This document shows positions 1-12,890 of a stretch of 64,000 bases of DNA, piece by piece. Position 1 is the first letter of the stretch. Each line of letters opens with the position of its first letter. Both the position numbers and the translations under genes were made by a program. Below the pieces are notes generated by a model. It was not told where the DNA came from. It searched no databases and saw only the letters and a list, made by a program, of their open reading frames with translations. This DNA comes from Octopus sinensis (Eukaryota): positions 310,430 to 374,429 of the forward strand of contig NW_021835992.1 in the NCBI RefSeq assembly GCF_006345805.1, given 5' to 3'.

Positions 1-60
1 GTATTTCAATGACTTAATTAAACCCATCATAATAAAATTTGACTGAACGTTTTATAAAAC

Positions 61-150
61 TTTTTCAGCGAATCTCGGTGCTCCGCGGAAACCGCCATTC
101 AATATGCAGTCCGGCATCGTTTAGCCAACCCTTAGTCTCTCGACTACTCT
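61..150 (+). mobile_element. CRE-like non-LTR retrotransposon extreme 3' remnant
   Basis: Reads FQRIS-VLRGN, the C-terminal RLE motif (W)L.QRISIA(I/V).RGN shared by the other copies; decayed. Confidence 0.4.
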
Positions 151-495
151 TTCAACCATCTACGCTAGCTAGCATCTAAACTTTCTCAATTCTCAAAGTT
201 CTGTTTAAAAAAATTACAAAAATACTTGTTTCAACCTAGGAATATGCATTAATCAACATTAAAACACGAGTATATCTTTAAAGTCCATTTCTTTTTCAAA
301 AGAATATTTCCCGGTTTGATTAAAGCAGTGTGATCTTCCTTCACAACTCTCAATGTCCCAAAATATAAAAATGTAGTTAACGGTTAGTGCTTTTAGTCAG
401 TTATTATGTATTTCTAGTGATCTCTATATAATAATCATAATTATGACTAGAAATAAGTGAAAAACAAAAATAATCATAACTAAAAATAGGAAAAA

Positions 496-1136
496 TCAAA
501 GCTGTCCACACTGTGAAATGACGACATTAGTCTTGGGCTTATTATTAGGCCCAACTGGCATATTCTCCACTTTTTTGAGAACCAGAATACCCTCAAGAAT
601 ACGCCCTTTAAATAAAACAACAAAAATACCAAAAACGACATGTTTCTTATCCAAATAAGTGCAATCAGCACAAGTAATAAAAAATTGACACCCATTCGAA
701 TCCTTTCCACTGTTGGCCTACAAACCTCCCCCAAAACAAGACCATCGACAACACCCCCGCCGACGAATGTGACCCCCCCAAGTCTTCATCGTTGAACTCC
801 CCTCCATAAATAGAAAAGACTCCCGTTCCGTCCCCCTTTATAAAGTCCCCTCCCTGGACCATAAAGTCCTTCATGACCCTGTGGAAGGTCGAGTCCTTGT
901 AGCCGACAGGGACCCCGTCCTTTTTGAACTCTCCTGTACAGAATTGTCTTTTATTTGTATAAATATATAGACCTAAAATTTTCGGCTGTTTTTGGTGTTT
1001 TGTGGGCATAAAGTTCAAATTTGATACGACCTGCTTCCTGTCGATATTAAATGTGGGAGATTACATATGAGCCGATTTTTATATCAAAAAACACCACTGG
1101 ATTATCCGGATGAGCTAAATTGTCGAACACTGACAT
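496..1136 (-). CDS. PPIH: Peptidyl-prolyl isomerase H (U4/U6 snRNP cyclophilin), 5 exons
   Basis: Spliced reading [24 protein letters not shown]|[22 protein letters not shown]|[35 protein letters not shown]...VLSM|[16 protein letters not shown]...KHVVF|GRILEG...[16 protein letters not shown]; GT-AG introns of 27, 25, 25 and 24 nt. Confidence 0.95.
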
Positions 1137-1223
1137 TAATCTAACCACACACAACAAAAATAAAACAATAAAATCTATTAAAAAACAAATTAAATTTATA
1201 ATTAAATTAATCAATTCCAAATT

Positions 1224-2098
1224 TTAATACCAATAAGTTTTTTTCCTAACAGTCTCATCTTTAGGCACTCCAAGAGAATCCTTAATATCATCCTCCACCA
1301 AATTCAGTGTTGGCTTGTAGCTCACAAAAGTGACCGTCCGGGGATCACAGTCCTTAGCCCCCTCCTTGTACTCCTCCGGCACAATATAGCCGTAGGAGGG
1401 GTCCAATATCTCCCAGGCTGATGCCGGGATTGGGATGTGGGCTCCGGTCGTGGAGGAGACTCGGATGAGGTCTCCGTCTTCCGTGTATCTCCACGTCACC
1501 GCGGTCCCTTTCCTGGTATTTACCATCGTTGGAATACTTTTCAATTGGATCCACCAGCTGTATGTCCTCCACTACTGAAAGAGGCATTTCTCTGGCATGA
1601 CAATATCCGGGGGATTTATCCGAAGAACCAATTATTTCATATTTCTATAAATTAAATTATGTTTTAATTTATATATATTTAATTAATAAATTATATTTAA
1701 ATAGTTTACCAGGTGGAGTCCACGAACATAACACCAATTTCTTTCTGGAAATATCGTAGTCACTGTCCCCTGCTTTCCCTTGTCTTTTCCTACCAATATT
1801 TCAACCTACTGAACTTAGTATTGCTATATCTGACTATATCTCCTCTGAAGATACTCCATTTAATAGGTTTAATGACTTGAAATTTAAACGTCAAATTTTT
1901 GTTGTTATTCACAAATTCACTTGTCCATGGTCGGCAATTGCTGTAATAAAAAAAGCGTTTCCCGGTCTGAATTTGTCCCCTGATTGGTCGGACATAGCAT
2001 TTCCTGAATGGTTCATAGGCTACTCTGTAAATATAGTGTTTAAGCCATCTCATCCCGTCAGTTGGTACTGGATTTGATCGTAGTAATTTAGCCGACAT
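1224..2098 (-). CDS. MRPL24: Mitochondrial ribosomal protein L24 (uL24m), 4 exons
   Basis: WSIFRGDI|VEILVGKDKGKQGTV (KOW motif), EMPLSVVEDIQLVDP, WRYTEDGDLIRVSSTTGAHIPIP, C-terminal KKTYWY; introns ~29, ~67 and 25 nt. Confidence 0.92.
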
Positions 2099-2704
2099 GT
2101 GAGTGTCACGAGACTATATTTAAATTGAATTTACTTTTATTTAATATAAATAGTTAAACTATAAATTAAAATATATTTTTTGTAAAAAATTTAATAAATG
2201 ACAACTATTGTAGAAAAATAATAGTTATATTCTCACAGTGCAGAACAATGAAAACTGTCTTTGATTGTGACTGCTTCATACAATAATTGACATTAATTGA
2301 AGATAAAAGTAAACTAGGAAATATTATGAGTAACCATCATGTTGGTTGATCAGCAACATCCGAATATTTGATTTGGGGCAATCACAAAGAAGATTGGTTG
2401 TCACTAGCAATAGAGATTTCAATCCGTTGTGGGTTCTTAGTGTTTTTTTTGAAGTGAATATGCGTATATTTTCAAATTTTTGTCGGTTGATGAAATGTTG
2501 TGGCCATCAATCGATTTCTAATACTGTAGTGTTAAAATAAGATTGCTGAATATGTTTTAAACTGTCTAGACTAGCTTTCCCAACCTTTTTGTGCTCGCGG
2601 TACTTAAAACCAGGGTTTTTTTCTTGCGGCACATATTAATTAAAATATATTTTTATTACTTTATTAAAAATTGAAGAATAAAAATTCTTTATAAAAATCC
2701 TGAA

Positions 2705-2810
2705 CATATTCGCCAGCCCATCGGTCTGGCCATTGTTCACGGCAACGCACACTGCGTCCTTGCCGCTGGCACTTAACGCTTTTCTTCTATTTCTTTGTTT
2801 TTTATCAAAA
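2705..2810 (+). mobile_element. CRE-like retrotransposon 3' tail remnant
   Basis: RQPIGLAIVHGNAHCVLAAGT* followed by a T-rich 3' UTR and an A run. Confidence 0.5.
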
Positions 2811-2979
2811 AATTCATTTCAAAAAAAATTCAGCAAATCTAATTTTACAAGTACGGTAATATCGATTTTGTCTTCGGTTAAAGTAAGTTGATAGTCACAT
2901 GATTTTGAGAATGGATTTCTGATCCAATTATATTTTTCAATATTAAAAGAAGGCAAATATTTATTAAATACAATCACTA

Positions 2980-3110
2980 CAGTAAAGTCTCTCGATTCTG
3001 CCAATTATAACTAATAAATTCTCAAATAGGCCATTTTCTCTAAGAAAATTTTTCGAATCTGCCAAATTCTCGAATCCGCCAGATTTTTGTTAACGAATCC
3101 GCTATGTCTC
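2980..3110. mobile_element. pogo/Tigger-like TIR remnant
   Basis: TA|CAGTAAAGTCTCTCGATTCTGCC plus repeated TCGAATC(T/C)GCC motifs, resembling the TIR of the Tigger copies at 39208 and 56099; no partner end found. Confidence 0.4.
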
Positions 3111-4039
3111 AATTTTAAATATTTTTTTAATTAATTTTACAGGTAATTTATTTACACGTTTTCATTGTTTTCATGAAACGTAGCTTTACACGATAAAAAA
3201 AACACAAAAATTGCTATTTTAAAGTTCATTGAATCAAATGTTGAATTACCTTCTATAAAAATTTCGGAAATTTTTCCCAGAAAATATAATGTACCTATTA
3301 CTCGTAGATCTATTGATGATCTGAGAAATAAGAGGAATTGTGTTGAATAACTTAAGATCTGATATTTATTGTGAATAATATTTAAAGTTTGGTGAAATCG
3401 ATAATTGATACAATTTCTTGGATTAATTCAATGAATGCTAAAGGAACCATTTGAACAATGAAAATATTGCTGAGAAACCCAAAATATTTGCTTCAAAGCG
3501 AGGATTTAATGATTTTGCAGGAAGTAAGAAATTAATAGTGAAGAACCTTCAGAGGAGAGTCAGAAAAGTGTAACTTTTAAAGAGGCTTTTTAAGTTTTAA
3601 ATAAATTAAACAAATTCAAGAAGAATTATTTGATGTCAAAAATTTCGAATCCATTGAAAAGCTTCAATGATTCGAATGATCCGGTTTTGCCGATCCCCGA
3701 AATTGGCAAATCTTTGTTGCATATTCAAAAATCCAAAATTGCATATGCAGCGTCAATGGTTTTACCATAAAGAGTTCCCTACGGACACTAAATCTTTGGA
3801 AAAAGTTCCAAAGAGTTTCCTCAGAATAGGATTTAGCCATCATGATTGAATAACAGAAATGTTAATGCTGTTATAAAAATGATCTTCAGAGTTGATTTGG
3901 ATAGCAAGTTGTTGATTACTAAATCATCGTGTAAAGATCTCTTTATTAAAATAAAAAAGCAGTGCTAACCAAATTTAAGAAAGTACCTACAGAAAGTAGT
4001 TTTTAAATTTTCACCTAAAGGGCGGCCGCATGGCCATAT

Positions 4040-4330
4040 GGATGGGATGAAATAACATCCAAATTCTATAAGCACTACCAAAACTCCCTACAATTCCAAT
4101 GACTCTACGCGTGCATATGTCCAGACAATCGTAATCAAGAAAACACTGGAGAGCATGCGCCGGGAGTACAAACTCCTGTCTACAACGATGAAGCATGCGA
4201 TTATTGGATTCCCGAGTGAGACCATAGAATCGGACGCGAGAACAACCAAAAAAGTGGCCTGCCCTGTAAAATGGATAAGTGTACCCGTCAAAGACATTAG
4301 CTCAGGCTCAATTCTCGAAAGGAGGAGAAT
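4040..4330 (+). mobile_element. R4/Dong-like RLE non-LTR retrotransposon 3' remnant
   Basis: Nucleotide match to ~30220-30350 (TGGGATG.AATAACATCCAAATT...GCATATGT.CAGACAATCGT.ATCAA.AAA(A)CACTGGAGAGCATG). Confidence 0.6.
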
Positions 4331-4426
4331 TGACTGAAAGCGGACGCAAAAATTAAAAATCAATTTTAGCTGGACTTTTGATTATTGTTCTTTATGTGAA
4401 TAATAAAAATAAAAAATTGTAAAAAA

Positions 4427-4498
4427 GGTCCTGCCGGGACTCGAACCCGGAATCTTGTACTTAGGAGGCACACGCCTTATCCATTGGGCCACAGGACC
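4427..4498 (-). tRNA. tRNA-Arg (anticodon CCT), intronless
   Basis: GGTCCTGTGGCCCAATGGATAAGGCGTGTGCCT-CCT-AAGTACAAGATTCCGGGTTCGAGTCCCGGCAGGACC folds into a canonical cloverleaf; a TTTTTT Pol III terminator follows immediately. Confidence 0.96.
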
Positions 4499-4535
4499 TG
4501 TTTATTGTGTCTTTCATTCATTAAGAACATATAAA

Positions 4536-4815
4536 TTAATAATCTTTAGTTCTGTGACCGAAGACTCCCGACGTCTCCACTGCGATCGGAGCAATGATAT
4601 GACGGTGAGATAATCCACTGTATTTCTCGATTTTTAGCGTTTTGGCCGAGTTAGTTGACGGCTGACGTAAAGATGTTTTCGGCGGAGAAGGTGTTCGTGC
4701 AATTTGCGTATCAGATGAGCGACTTGCCATTTTCGAAGGGGAATGTTGTTAGGCCGTCAGGACGTTTACCATCCTCCCGAACCAGGCCGACCGGTTCCAA
4801 CTCTGATGCGACCGG
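4536..4815 (-). mobile_element. CRE-like retrotransposon RLE fragment
   Basis: LEPVGL..DGKRPDG, KIEKYSGLSHRHIIAPIAVETSGVFG; truncated at both ends. Confidence 0.75.
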
Positions 4816-4870
4816 TTGTTGTTTATTATAATAGTTTATTCAAAATAGGTTTAAATGAAATACTCTAGGC

Positions 4871-5666
4871 CAGCGGTTCTCAAATGCGGCCCCCGGGGCC
4901 GCATGTGGCCCCCAGGATTTTTTTTGCGGCCCCTCTAGAGTAACTAACTTTTTTAATTTTTTAATAATGTTTAAATTTAATTATTCATTCTTAAGGTTAA
5001 ACATATCCATAATTGGTGATTTCATTAATCAATTTGAAGTAAATTTAATTTTTAGAATTTTAAAGAATTCCTTCCTTTAATGAAAATATTCGCAACTTTA
5101 TTCAGCGTGGAAATTAAGGATGCGCCTGCAAAATTCAACTAAAACTCATTAATTTACTGGCGGCATTGTTCAAAAATGCGTCTATTATTAATTTTTACGA
5201 ATTAATTCCTCAAGACAAATTCACAAATATAACACACAATGCATATATGAATATATCAATGTTTAAATCTACATATTTATGCGAATCAATATTTAGTAAA
5301 ATGATTCGAATAAAAAATAAATATCGTAACAAGCTCACGGATAATCACTAGAGTCAGCTTTTACGAACTTCTTCGACTTTACTTATTCCGATTTCAAAAA
5401 CTTAATAAACAAATAGTACTTTTTTTTTAGATACAACGCCTTTTGTAGATTTTTTTAGCTTTTATTTCTTTATAAAAAAATGGAAATTAAAAAAAGAAAA
5501 AAAGAGTCTAAAACTCATTACGCATCAGCAGTGGCTGCACTTCGGATTGCAAGCGAGTTACCGGCTTGGAAAATATAAAAATATATTAAAATATTTTTTG
5601 TGCGGCCCGCGAAGCTAATCTTAATTATCGATTTGGCCCTTGAGCTAAAAAGGTTGAGAACCCCTG
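4871..5666 (+). mobile_element. Non-autonomous hAT (Charlie/Buster-type) element
   Basis: TIRs CAGCGGTTCTCAA...TTGAGAACCCCTG; perfect 8-bp TSD CTCTAGGC (4863-4870 and 5667-5674); GGCCC subterminal motifs; internal dimerisation-domain remnant STYLCESIFSKM. Confidence 0.9.
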
Positions 5667-7164
5667 CTCTAGGCCTTCTAGGAAAACTAAAAACTATATT
5701 ATTTAGATAATTTTTATGGATTCTGTTATTCGCCATTTTTCAATAATCGCCACATTTTCAGAATTGGCTGACATGAGAGCCTTTACTGTAATACAATTCA
5801 CTGATTCAAACTCCTCATCCAACTATAACTGCAAAATTAAGCATTTGCTGAGATGTGTCGGCAATATTTGTAAACTTCCTTAAAGAAATATACTTGTGTC
5901 GGTCGATCTCATTAAGCCCTTTGATCACACTTCGAGATCTGTTCTGAGTAATACAATTGCTATGACCGATATTCCAACAACCTTGAAACGTTGACTAACA
6001 AACTTTATATTGGGCCGCTTAAGCCAAACAGTGATCAAAGAATACAAGTCCCGCTTTTGATACCTACCGAATAGAGTCTTCAGGGCTCAGTGTTATCGCT
6101 AGTTTTCTTTAACCCCATTTAAGTGACGCACCGGTTTCCAAGAATACATTACTGCTCTCATACGCAGACAACATAATCATTCTATCAAAAGATAGCGATT
6201 TATCAACGGCCACCAACTACTTACAATCTCATCTGGATTTCATTGCTGCCTGGTTTACCATCCTTTCCAAGATTTTTTCTACATAAATAAAGACTATTTT
6301 TGTTTGCTGGCTTTAAGTGTATATTCTGAGAAAAACAAGCAACCCTCTCAAATCAGATCAAAATCCAAAATTATAATTTTCTTCGAAATTGCATATTTAT
6401 CTTATGTAACAAATTTGCAGAGTTTTGTTTCGCGAAAGTTAAATCATTTCTTCTTAACTTTCAGTGATCTGACTTAATAACTTTCACATTGAGGACATTA
6501 CTTACATTGTCTTCTAACATTTCCAAATATGGTATGTTTTCACTCCATCGAGAATCTTAGAAAACGGTAGATAATCCGAATTGCTAACAGATTTTTGAGG
6601 ATTTATTTCCAAAGCAACAGTTCGAAAAATTGCTTAATTATTTTCATAATTTCAACAATTGTTTCTTTTTTGTACATGTTTTAAATCACCCACAAAAAAT
6701 GTTTGATTCATTGGGTAAATCAGCATATTGTGATTTTTACAGCCAATTTTGACACGTTCATGCCAAGTAGAGATGGTTTTGATACATTAAAGCCGGAATT
6801 ACTGGAGTTCTACTCTAAAGCTGATATGGGAAATTAGACAAAGTGAATTTGAACAGTCTGAAAGTTGACGCAAATTAGTTACTACCAATGACTGGATTTT
6901 AGATAGTTGCCGATAGTCCCAAATGTCTTGTATTTTTAATAGCCTTAACCAAATCCATGTTTTTTACTTTCCAGGTGGCAAGGATGTTGGTTAAAATAGC
7001 TTTTCACTATTTTTGATAATCCATTAAGCTTTTAATTTTTTTCAATCTAATTAGTCATTGTTTTATAGAAGAGGTTTTCAGATTTATATTTACTTATTTT
7101 TTTAATTTTTAACTTGAAAATTACTTATTATAAAACAATTATAATCACGTTCCTATTTGTTATG

Positions 7165-7480
7165 TTTTTTTTTTAAACAAGAAAGAAATTAAAGATAGCT
7201 AAGTTAATTAAAGCCTTCACGAGACACCTGGCCAGCATCGCGAATGGCGAAGCCGTTCCCTCGGATCACAGCAATCGACAGACGTTCCAGGAGCCAAGAA
7301 AACTCTCTTGGATCGTGACTAGTCCTTGAAATCCGTCGACCGAGCGAGCGAAGGAAGCGGAGTGTCTTGGGGCCGAAGATCCCGGAGGACTCCACGGCAA
7401 TTGGAGTAAAGAACAGCGAGTTGGAGAGGTGCCCGTACTTGAGAATCTTTCGCTCCTCGGCCTGCCTCGAAGCGTGCCCA
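7165..7480 (-). mobile_element. 5'-truncated CRE-like retrotransposon with poly(A) tail
   Basis: PIAVESSGIFGPKTLRFLRSLG...DPREFSWLLERLSIAVIRGNG; T run 7165-7174 is the poly(A); near-identical to the 39784-40043 copy. Confidence 0.85.
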
Positions 7481-7484
7481 GTAA

Positions 7485-7740
7485 AAGATGTTATTGCTGA
7501 GTTTTTTACGAGAGAACAATGCTATCAATTTCATGAATTGATCAGATTTGGAATTAAAATTAGCATATTTAACAGACATAGTTATGATATTGAATGATGT
7601 GAATGTAAGCATGCAAGGAAATAATGAGACAATTTTGAGTTCCACGGATAAGTTAAGTTCTTTAAAAATGAATATTACATATTTGAGAAGATTAGTATAA
7701 AGTGGAGATTTTTGCATGTTTCCTAAAGCTTTCGCATTCT
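7485..7740 (+). mobile_element. Buster/SPIN-type hAT transposase remnant
   Basis: Frameshifted LA.LTDIVMILNDVNVSMQGNN...DKLSSLK...GDFCMFPK. Confidence 0.5.
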
Positions 7741-8349
7741 ATTTTATAAAGCTGATTTAGATTCTGACGCTACCATAATGTCTTTCAAAGAATCTTCATT
7801 GCGTCTTCTCGATAATTAGCAGTCTATTCATTGATGTTGGTTAATCTTTCTAGTGTATCGTCCTCCTTTGAATTCACACGTTTCTTGAAATCAAACAGAT
7901 TAATGTTCTGTCTTATGTTTTACTGGCACGCAATAAGTTTTCAAAAATCTTTTGAAATTTGTCAAGTCTCTTTGTAGCATTAAAGATATGAGAAACCAGA
8001 GACCTATGAAAGACCCACGTGCATATTCATCAACGTCGCTGCTGATGACTTAAAGTGGTTTGTTAAAATCTCCTCTTGACTCGTAATATAAAGAATAAAA
8101 TCTCACATATTATTTTCTGTTTAATGTGCTCTGTCATAGTAGGATGAGAACTGTAGAAGTATTCCATCGCGAGATTAGAGGGAATGTTCCTGTCAATTCG
8201 TAAACAAGCCAGATATATTACTTCTTATTTCTCCATCCAAGGGTATTATGTTGCGTCCCATCATGGTGGCTAATGTCACCTGTTAATTTATCATAATGTC
8301 TGTCACAGTGACTGTCAAAATTAATTTCATTGGTTTCTAATCAATACAA

Positions 8350-9290
8350 AATCATTATGATCCAAGTTTTCAACCATACTTTATACAAAATTTAGCTGAA
8401 ACATCTGAAATATTTTCTACGTTTAAATCCTTAGATGATAGTGGATAAAAATCATCCAAACTCTCATTTTCTGTAAAATTTAAAAAATTAAAAAACTTAT
8501 ACTCATGAATGACGTGTTTATACAGAAACTCCTCTCAGTTTTTTAAATGGTGTTTCGTTTATAGAAGAATGAATAGTTGTGTTATATATAAAAGTGCCTC
8601 GTTTAATAAATTGGATCCAATTTTTAGTTGATTCTTCACTCATCAGCTTTGAAAGATTTCGTGTCAAAGTTTGATTAAACCTTTCCACGATACCCTGAAA
8701 CAGATAAATATTGTATTATTACTTGTGATTGAAGATGATTTCGTCTTCCATAAATATGTTTGATTTTGTTTTAAAGGCAGAAAAAATCTAGATAATTATT
8801 CTTAAACTCCGTTCCATTATCTGTTTTTAGAATCTCACAAAAGCCGATTTCAAAACAAATTTCTTCAAATGCTTCACAAATATCTAAATTTCAATATTAG
8901 ATTTAAATATTCCTATTGAGATTTATTTTTAACTTCTTTACAGATGGCATACCTACTGTAAACATCAATGACTGTAAATATCCATTTGTAACTATCATTG
9001 GAATCGTTAAATTTTTTAACGTCTACAAGGTCTGCTTGGAATCGTTCATTTGGTCTTTTGGCAATCACATGGAATTTAGAATCAGAAACCTGCTATTAAT
9101 TTTATACTTTAAGAATAGAAAACTTGCAAATTGAGCATTTTTGACGAATAGTTCTATAATTTTCCGCCTTATTGTAAAATAAGAGTGTAAACATTCCTGT
9201 TGCAGTTACGAATTCCAGAATGGCTATTCCGATGAATAGAATCTGGAATAGTTTGCATTTCACTTTCACTATCCATGCAAAAAACTAATT
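8350..9290 (-). pseudogene. Retroviral-type (rve, H2C2 + DDE) integrase of a Ginger/TDD-like DNA transposon, intron-containing, decayed
   Basis: IHRNSHSG...KCSICK zinc finger; RPNERFQADLVD...IFTVIDVYSRY; LKTDNGTEFKN; QSQ|GIVERFNQTL interrupted by a 28-nt GT-AG intron (8695-8722); YNTTIHSSINETPF; stops and frameshifts. Confidence 0.8.
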
Positions 9291-9309
9291 TGTATCGTGA
9301 CTAGTTAAG

Positions 9310-11930
9310 CACGAAGGGCATCACAGAGACTCAGCTGCGAACTTTCGCCACTTCAGCTGGGTGTGGGAATCCCAAATGGCTGCGAAGCTGCAGTGCATGC
9401 AACCAGAGAATTCTCCTCGCAAAAAGGGAACTCAAATGGTCCCGGAGTTCTAGCTATAAAACTGGACATTAAGAATGCATTCAACAGCCTGAGGAGAGAT
9501 GTGATTCTCGAAGCCTGCTTAGAAAGGGCTCCTGATATTATCGGCTTGGTTCACTTGGCATATGGGTCAGACAGCTCTCTTCTTTTTGGAGATGAAATTA
9601 TCAAATCGTGCACAGGAGTTCAGCAGGGCGACCCTATCGGTCCACTGCTGTTCGCCCTCGGCATGACTCTGTCGTACGGAAAGTCGATTCTTTTTTCAAC
9701 CTGTGGTACCTCGATGATGCAACCATCGGGGGCCCTCTGATACTGTGATTGAGGATATTTTCAACATAATTCCCACCCTCCGTGAAATTGGACTGGAAGT
9801 AAACGTCAGCAAGTGCGAGCTTATAAATATCTCTTGCTCGCACGAAGAATTCGGTTCCGCACTAAACAAGCTGCAACTTCGCCTGCCGGGGCTGACAACC
9901 ACACCCATTGATGATGTTCTATTCCTCGGCGCGCCCATGGGCCAAATCCAACTAAGAAGTCGCTATCTGAGAAAGCCAAATGGGTCACTGATTTCACAAA
10001 TAAGCTCATGTTGCTTGATTCTCACTACGGATTTTTCGTGCTCAGAGCAAACCTCATGTTGCCAAGGCTTCTATATTTGCTGCGAACTTCAAACTGCTCA
10101 ATACAATCCGACATGCTTCAATCGCTCGATACTTCTCTGAAGTTGGCCGCTGAAAAAATCCTAAACATATCCTTTGACGACGCTGGTTGGACTTGCTGCA
10201 AATTACCTCTACGCCTTGGCGGAGTTGGACTCCGTTCACCTCTGGACATGGCTCTTCCTGCATTCCTCTCCTCACGTGCGAGCTCCCAAGCCCTCATAAC
10301 CCAAATCCTACGTAACTCTCGCGGATTGGAAGAGGACCGGGTTTTCTCTGGAGCTTGCGAATTCTGGAAGGGATCTGGATTGGCCATTCCATCTAACATT
10401 TCACGCCAATGGGAATGGGATGATATCTCCAGCAAAGCTAAAATGGAAGCAATCAGACCTACATTGGATCAGCATCGCCTTGCTTGTTTCGGTGCCGCTG
10501 CCAGACCTGAAAGTGGGGCGTGGCTTAATGCCCTCCCTTGCTCCCAATCTGGAACCCTTCTCGATAATGACTGTGTGAAGATTGGCGTAGCAATGCGCTT
10601 GGGACTTAATGTCTGTCGGGGGGCCAATGCCGATGTGGGAGTAAAGTCGATACCAAAGGACTACATCCCCTGTCATGCAGAAGGAGTGCTGGCCGTGCTC
10701 CCAGACACTCCGCTATCAACGAGACTATTTCGGCTGCTTTACAAGCAGCTGGATTCCCGACAGAACTGGAACCCGTCGGGCTGGACCGTGGAGACGGTAA
10801 ACGCCCAGATGGAGTCACCATTTTCCCGTGGAGTAATGGGAAATGCCTCGCGTTGGACTCCACGTGCACAGACACCTTCTCAAAGACCAATATAGTTGAC
10901 TCCGCGATCAGTCCAGGCTCAGCCGCTGAGAAGGCTGAGGTACATAAAGCTCAGAAATATTCCAACCTGCTAACAACTTTATCTTCTCCCCAATATCTGT
11001 AGAAACCTCCGGGGCCATGAGCCAAAAATCGTTTGAACTCGTTGTGAAAATCGGGAATCTGATCTCGAGAAGACGGAGAGAGCCTCTGGAGAAGCAATGG
11101 TTGTTCCAAAGAATATCCATTGCGATCCTGAGGGGCAACGTGTCACAGTCGATAAAGAAACACGCCGTTAATGAAACGCCAACATCAAATTGACAAAAAA
11201 TCATATCGAAAAAAAAGATAAATTAATACAAATCGTCATTGGGAATGATTAATTAGTTATAAATGTGCCCGTCCATAGAAGGACACGCCGTTAAATGGAC
11301 ACTAGGTGATTTGAATAGTAGGTAACAAGCTAAAGTAAAAAAATATATTTATAAAATGATTTTAAATTTAACATAATTTAAAATAAAATTGAAATAACTT
11401 AAATTTTCCATTGAATCCCATAAAATAATTATAAGTAGACCTTAATAGAAAAAGTAAAATCAATGAATACTGAACGCTAATTTGGTTTAGGTTGTGTGAA
11501 GGGGTAATAATTTGACAGATCTCATTGCTATTTCTCGTTTCAATCTCTAAATTAAGTCTTCTAATCACAAATGAACTGTGCAGACAGGCTTGCTCCTTCA
11601 GAAGATTCTTGTTTTGACATTTAATACAATATGAAGCATTAGAATTTTTTTTCATTATTCTAAAATATCAATTATTAATTTTAAAATATTATTTTTATTA
11701 TGAAATCGGTTTAAAGCACATTCTGCTTTGGCATCGATTTTAATTTTTGTAATTGAAATATTTAAACGCAAATACCTGCTCAGGTATGTCAATTATAAAT
11801 TTTTTATTGACAAAATCAATTTTTTTCTAATTTGATGTTGGCGTTTCATTAACGGCGTGTTTCATAAACGGACTGTGACACAACGTCTTCTCGATCATCA
11901 GCAGCTAAGATTATGATAATCATTTTCGCT
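9310..11930 (+). mobile_element. Long 5'-truncated CRE-clade non-LTR retrotransposon (RT + zinc knuckle + RLE), frameshifted
   Basis: QLGVGIPNGCEAAVHA, KLDIKNAFNS, GVQQGDPIGPLLF, WYLDDATIGG, LPLRLGGVGL, SGAWLNALP, GKRPDG, WLFQRISIAILRG|NVFSIISS* once the 11141-11880 insert is removed. Confidence 0.92.
11141..11880. mobile_element. Non-autonomous TG...CA TIR element (Ginger2/TDD-like) inserted in the CRE RLE codons
   Basis: ~55-bp imperfect TIR TGTCACAGTC...GAAACACGCCGTTAATGAAACGCCAACATCAAATT; 5-bp TSD CAACG on both sides; removal restores LRGNVFSIISS*. Confidence 0.88.
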
Positions 11931-12049
11931 CATTTGTTTCTTACTAATTTGTGCTTTGAAATCTTTCGCCATCTAAGATACTCACTATAGATTGATATTC
12001 TACGATCTTTTTCACAAAACCTATTATTTATATATATAGGGAGAAACAT

Positions 12050-12410
12050 TTTAGAGAGGACGGGATGACTATCTTTCTGTTTTTGGAAGGAAAGCCTCTC
12101 GTATGGGATTCAACATGTTCCGACTCCTTGTCCAAGACAAACATGTTGGAAAGTGCCTGCAATGCTGGCACAGCTGCAAATAAAGCAGAGGACATCAAGA
12201 AGAAATATGATGGGCTCACCGATCGTTAAGTTTTCCGGCCGATTGCTGTCGAAACCATGGGATCGATTGGGAAGGAGTCGTTGTGCTTCCTCAAGTGTAT
12301 TGGACGTCTCAAGACCTTGAGAACACACAATCCTCTGGAGACGAGATGGCTCCTCAGAACGTGTCCCAAGCAATAGTGAGGGGAAACAGGATCGCCTTTA
12401 ATTCATTTTG
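12050..12410 (+). mobile_element. CRE-like retrotransposon RLE fragment
   Basis: DGMTIFLFLEGKPLVWDSTCSD...PIAVETMGSIG...WLLR; decayed. Confidence 0.75.
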
Positions 12411-12754
12411 AAACTTTGAAATTTAGTAGTAACTCTTCCGACTGTCGGCGAGAAACTCGTGCCTTCTTGGTCGACTTAACGTTGCATATTATTATCAGAA
12501 CTGCCGAAAACACATAAAAAACCAAAATCAACCGTTTCGTTTCAACAAAGAGTTTCTATTGCCATTCTCGAGAATAGTCTGAGAATTTCCGTACATAAAT
12601 GACTCTATTAACTTTTAAATAACTATAAATTGATTATTATTAACCAAGAGCATACAGTGCAAGCCATCTTCTTGGTAAGTAATGAAACAACACTTTATGA
12701 AATCTAAATGAACGTAGTTGTCTAGATATCTTTGTAGCGCAACCAACAATATTT

Positions 12755-12890
12755 AGAGCTATAAAAAGTTTGTGATATAGTCACAAACTATGGCTTCAAT
12801 CGACACACTTAACGTTCAGTGGCTATTTTTAGATTGTAACCAATGCTGTTAGATTTTCTCGATGTAATTGTGAACAGAACATCAATGTTT
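12755..12890 (+). repeat. ~130-bp dispersed repeat (second copy 15045-15172), probably IS630/Tc1-like remnant
   Basis: Direct copies sharing TCGACACACTTAACGTTCAGTGGCTATTTT...CGATGTAATTGTGAACAGAACA; RAIKxLGYSH-like reading. Confidence 0.5.

Noticed and set aside
4427-4815. CRE-like fragment ending ~40 bp upstream of the tRNA-Arg, suggesting tRNA-targeted integration
   Set aside because: The fragment lacks its natural 3' end (it stops before the WL.QR..RGN motif), has no tail or TSD, and none of the other ~16 copies is near a tRNA.
9284-11952. ACTAATTTGT on both sides of the long CRE copy as its TSD
   Set aside because: It is only 10 bp, low complexity, and not flush with a definable 5' junction or tail, so it was not counted among the 12-bp TSDs.
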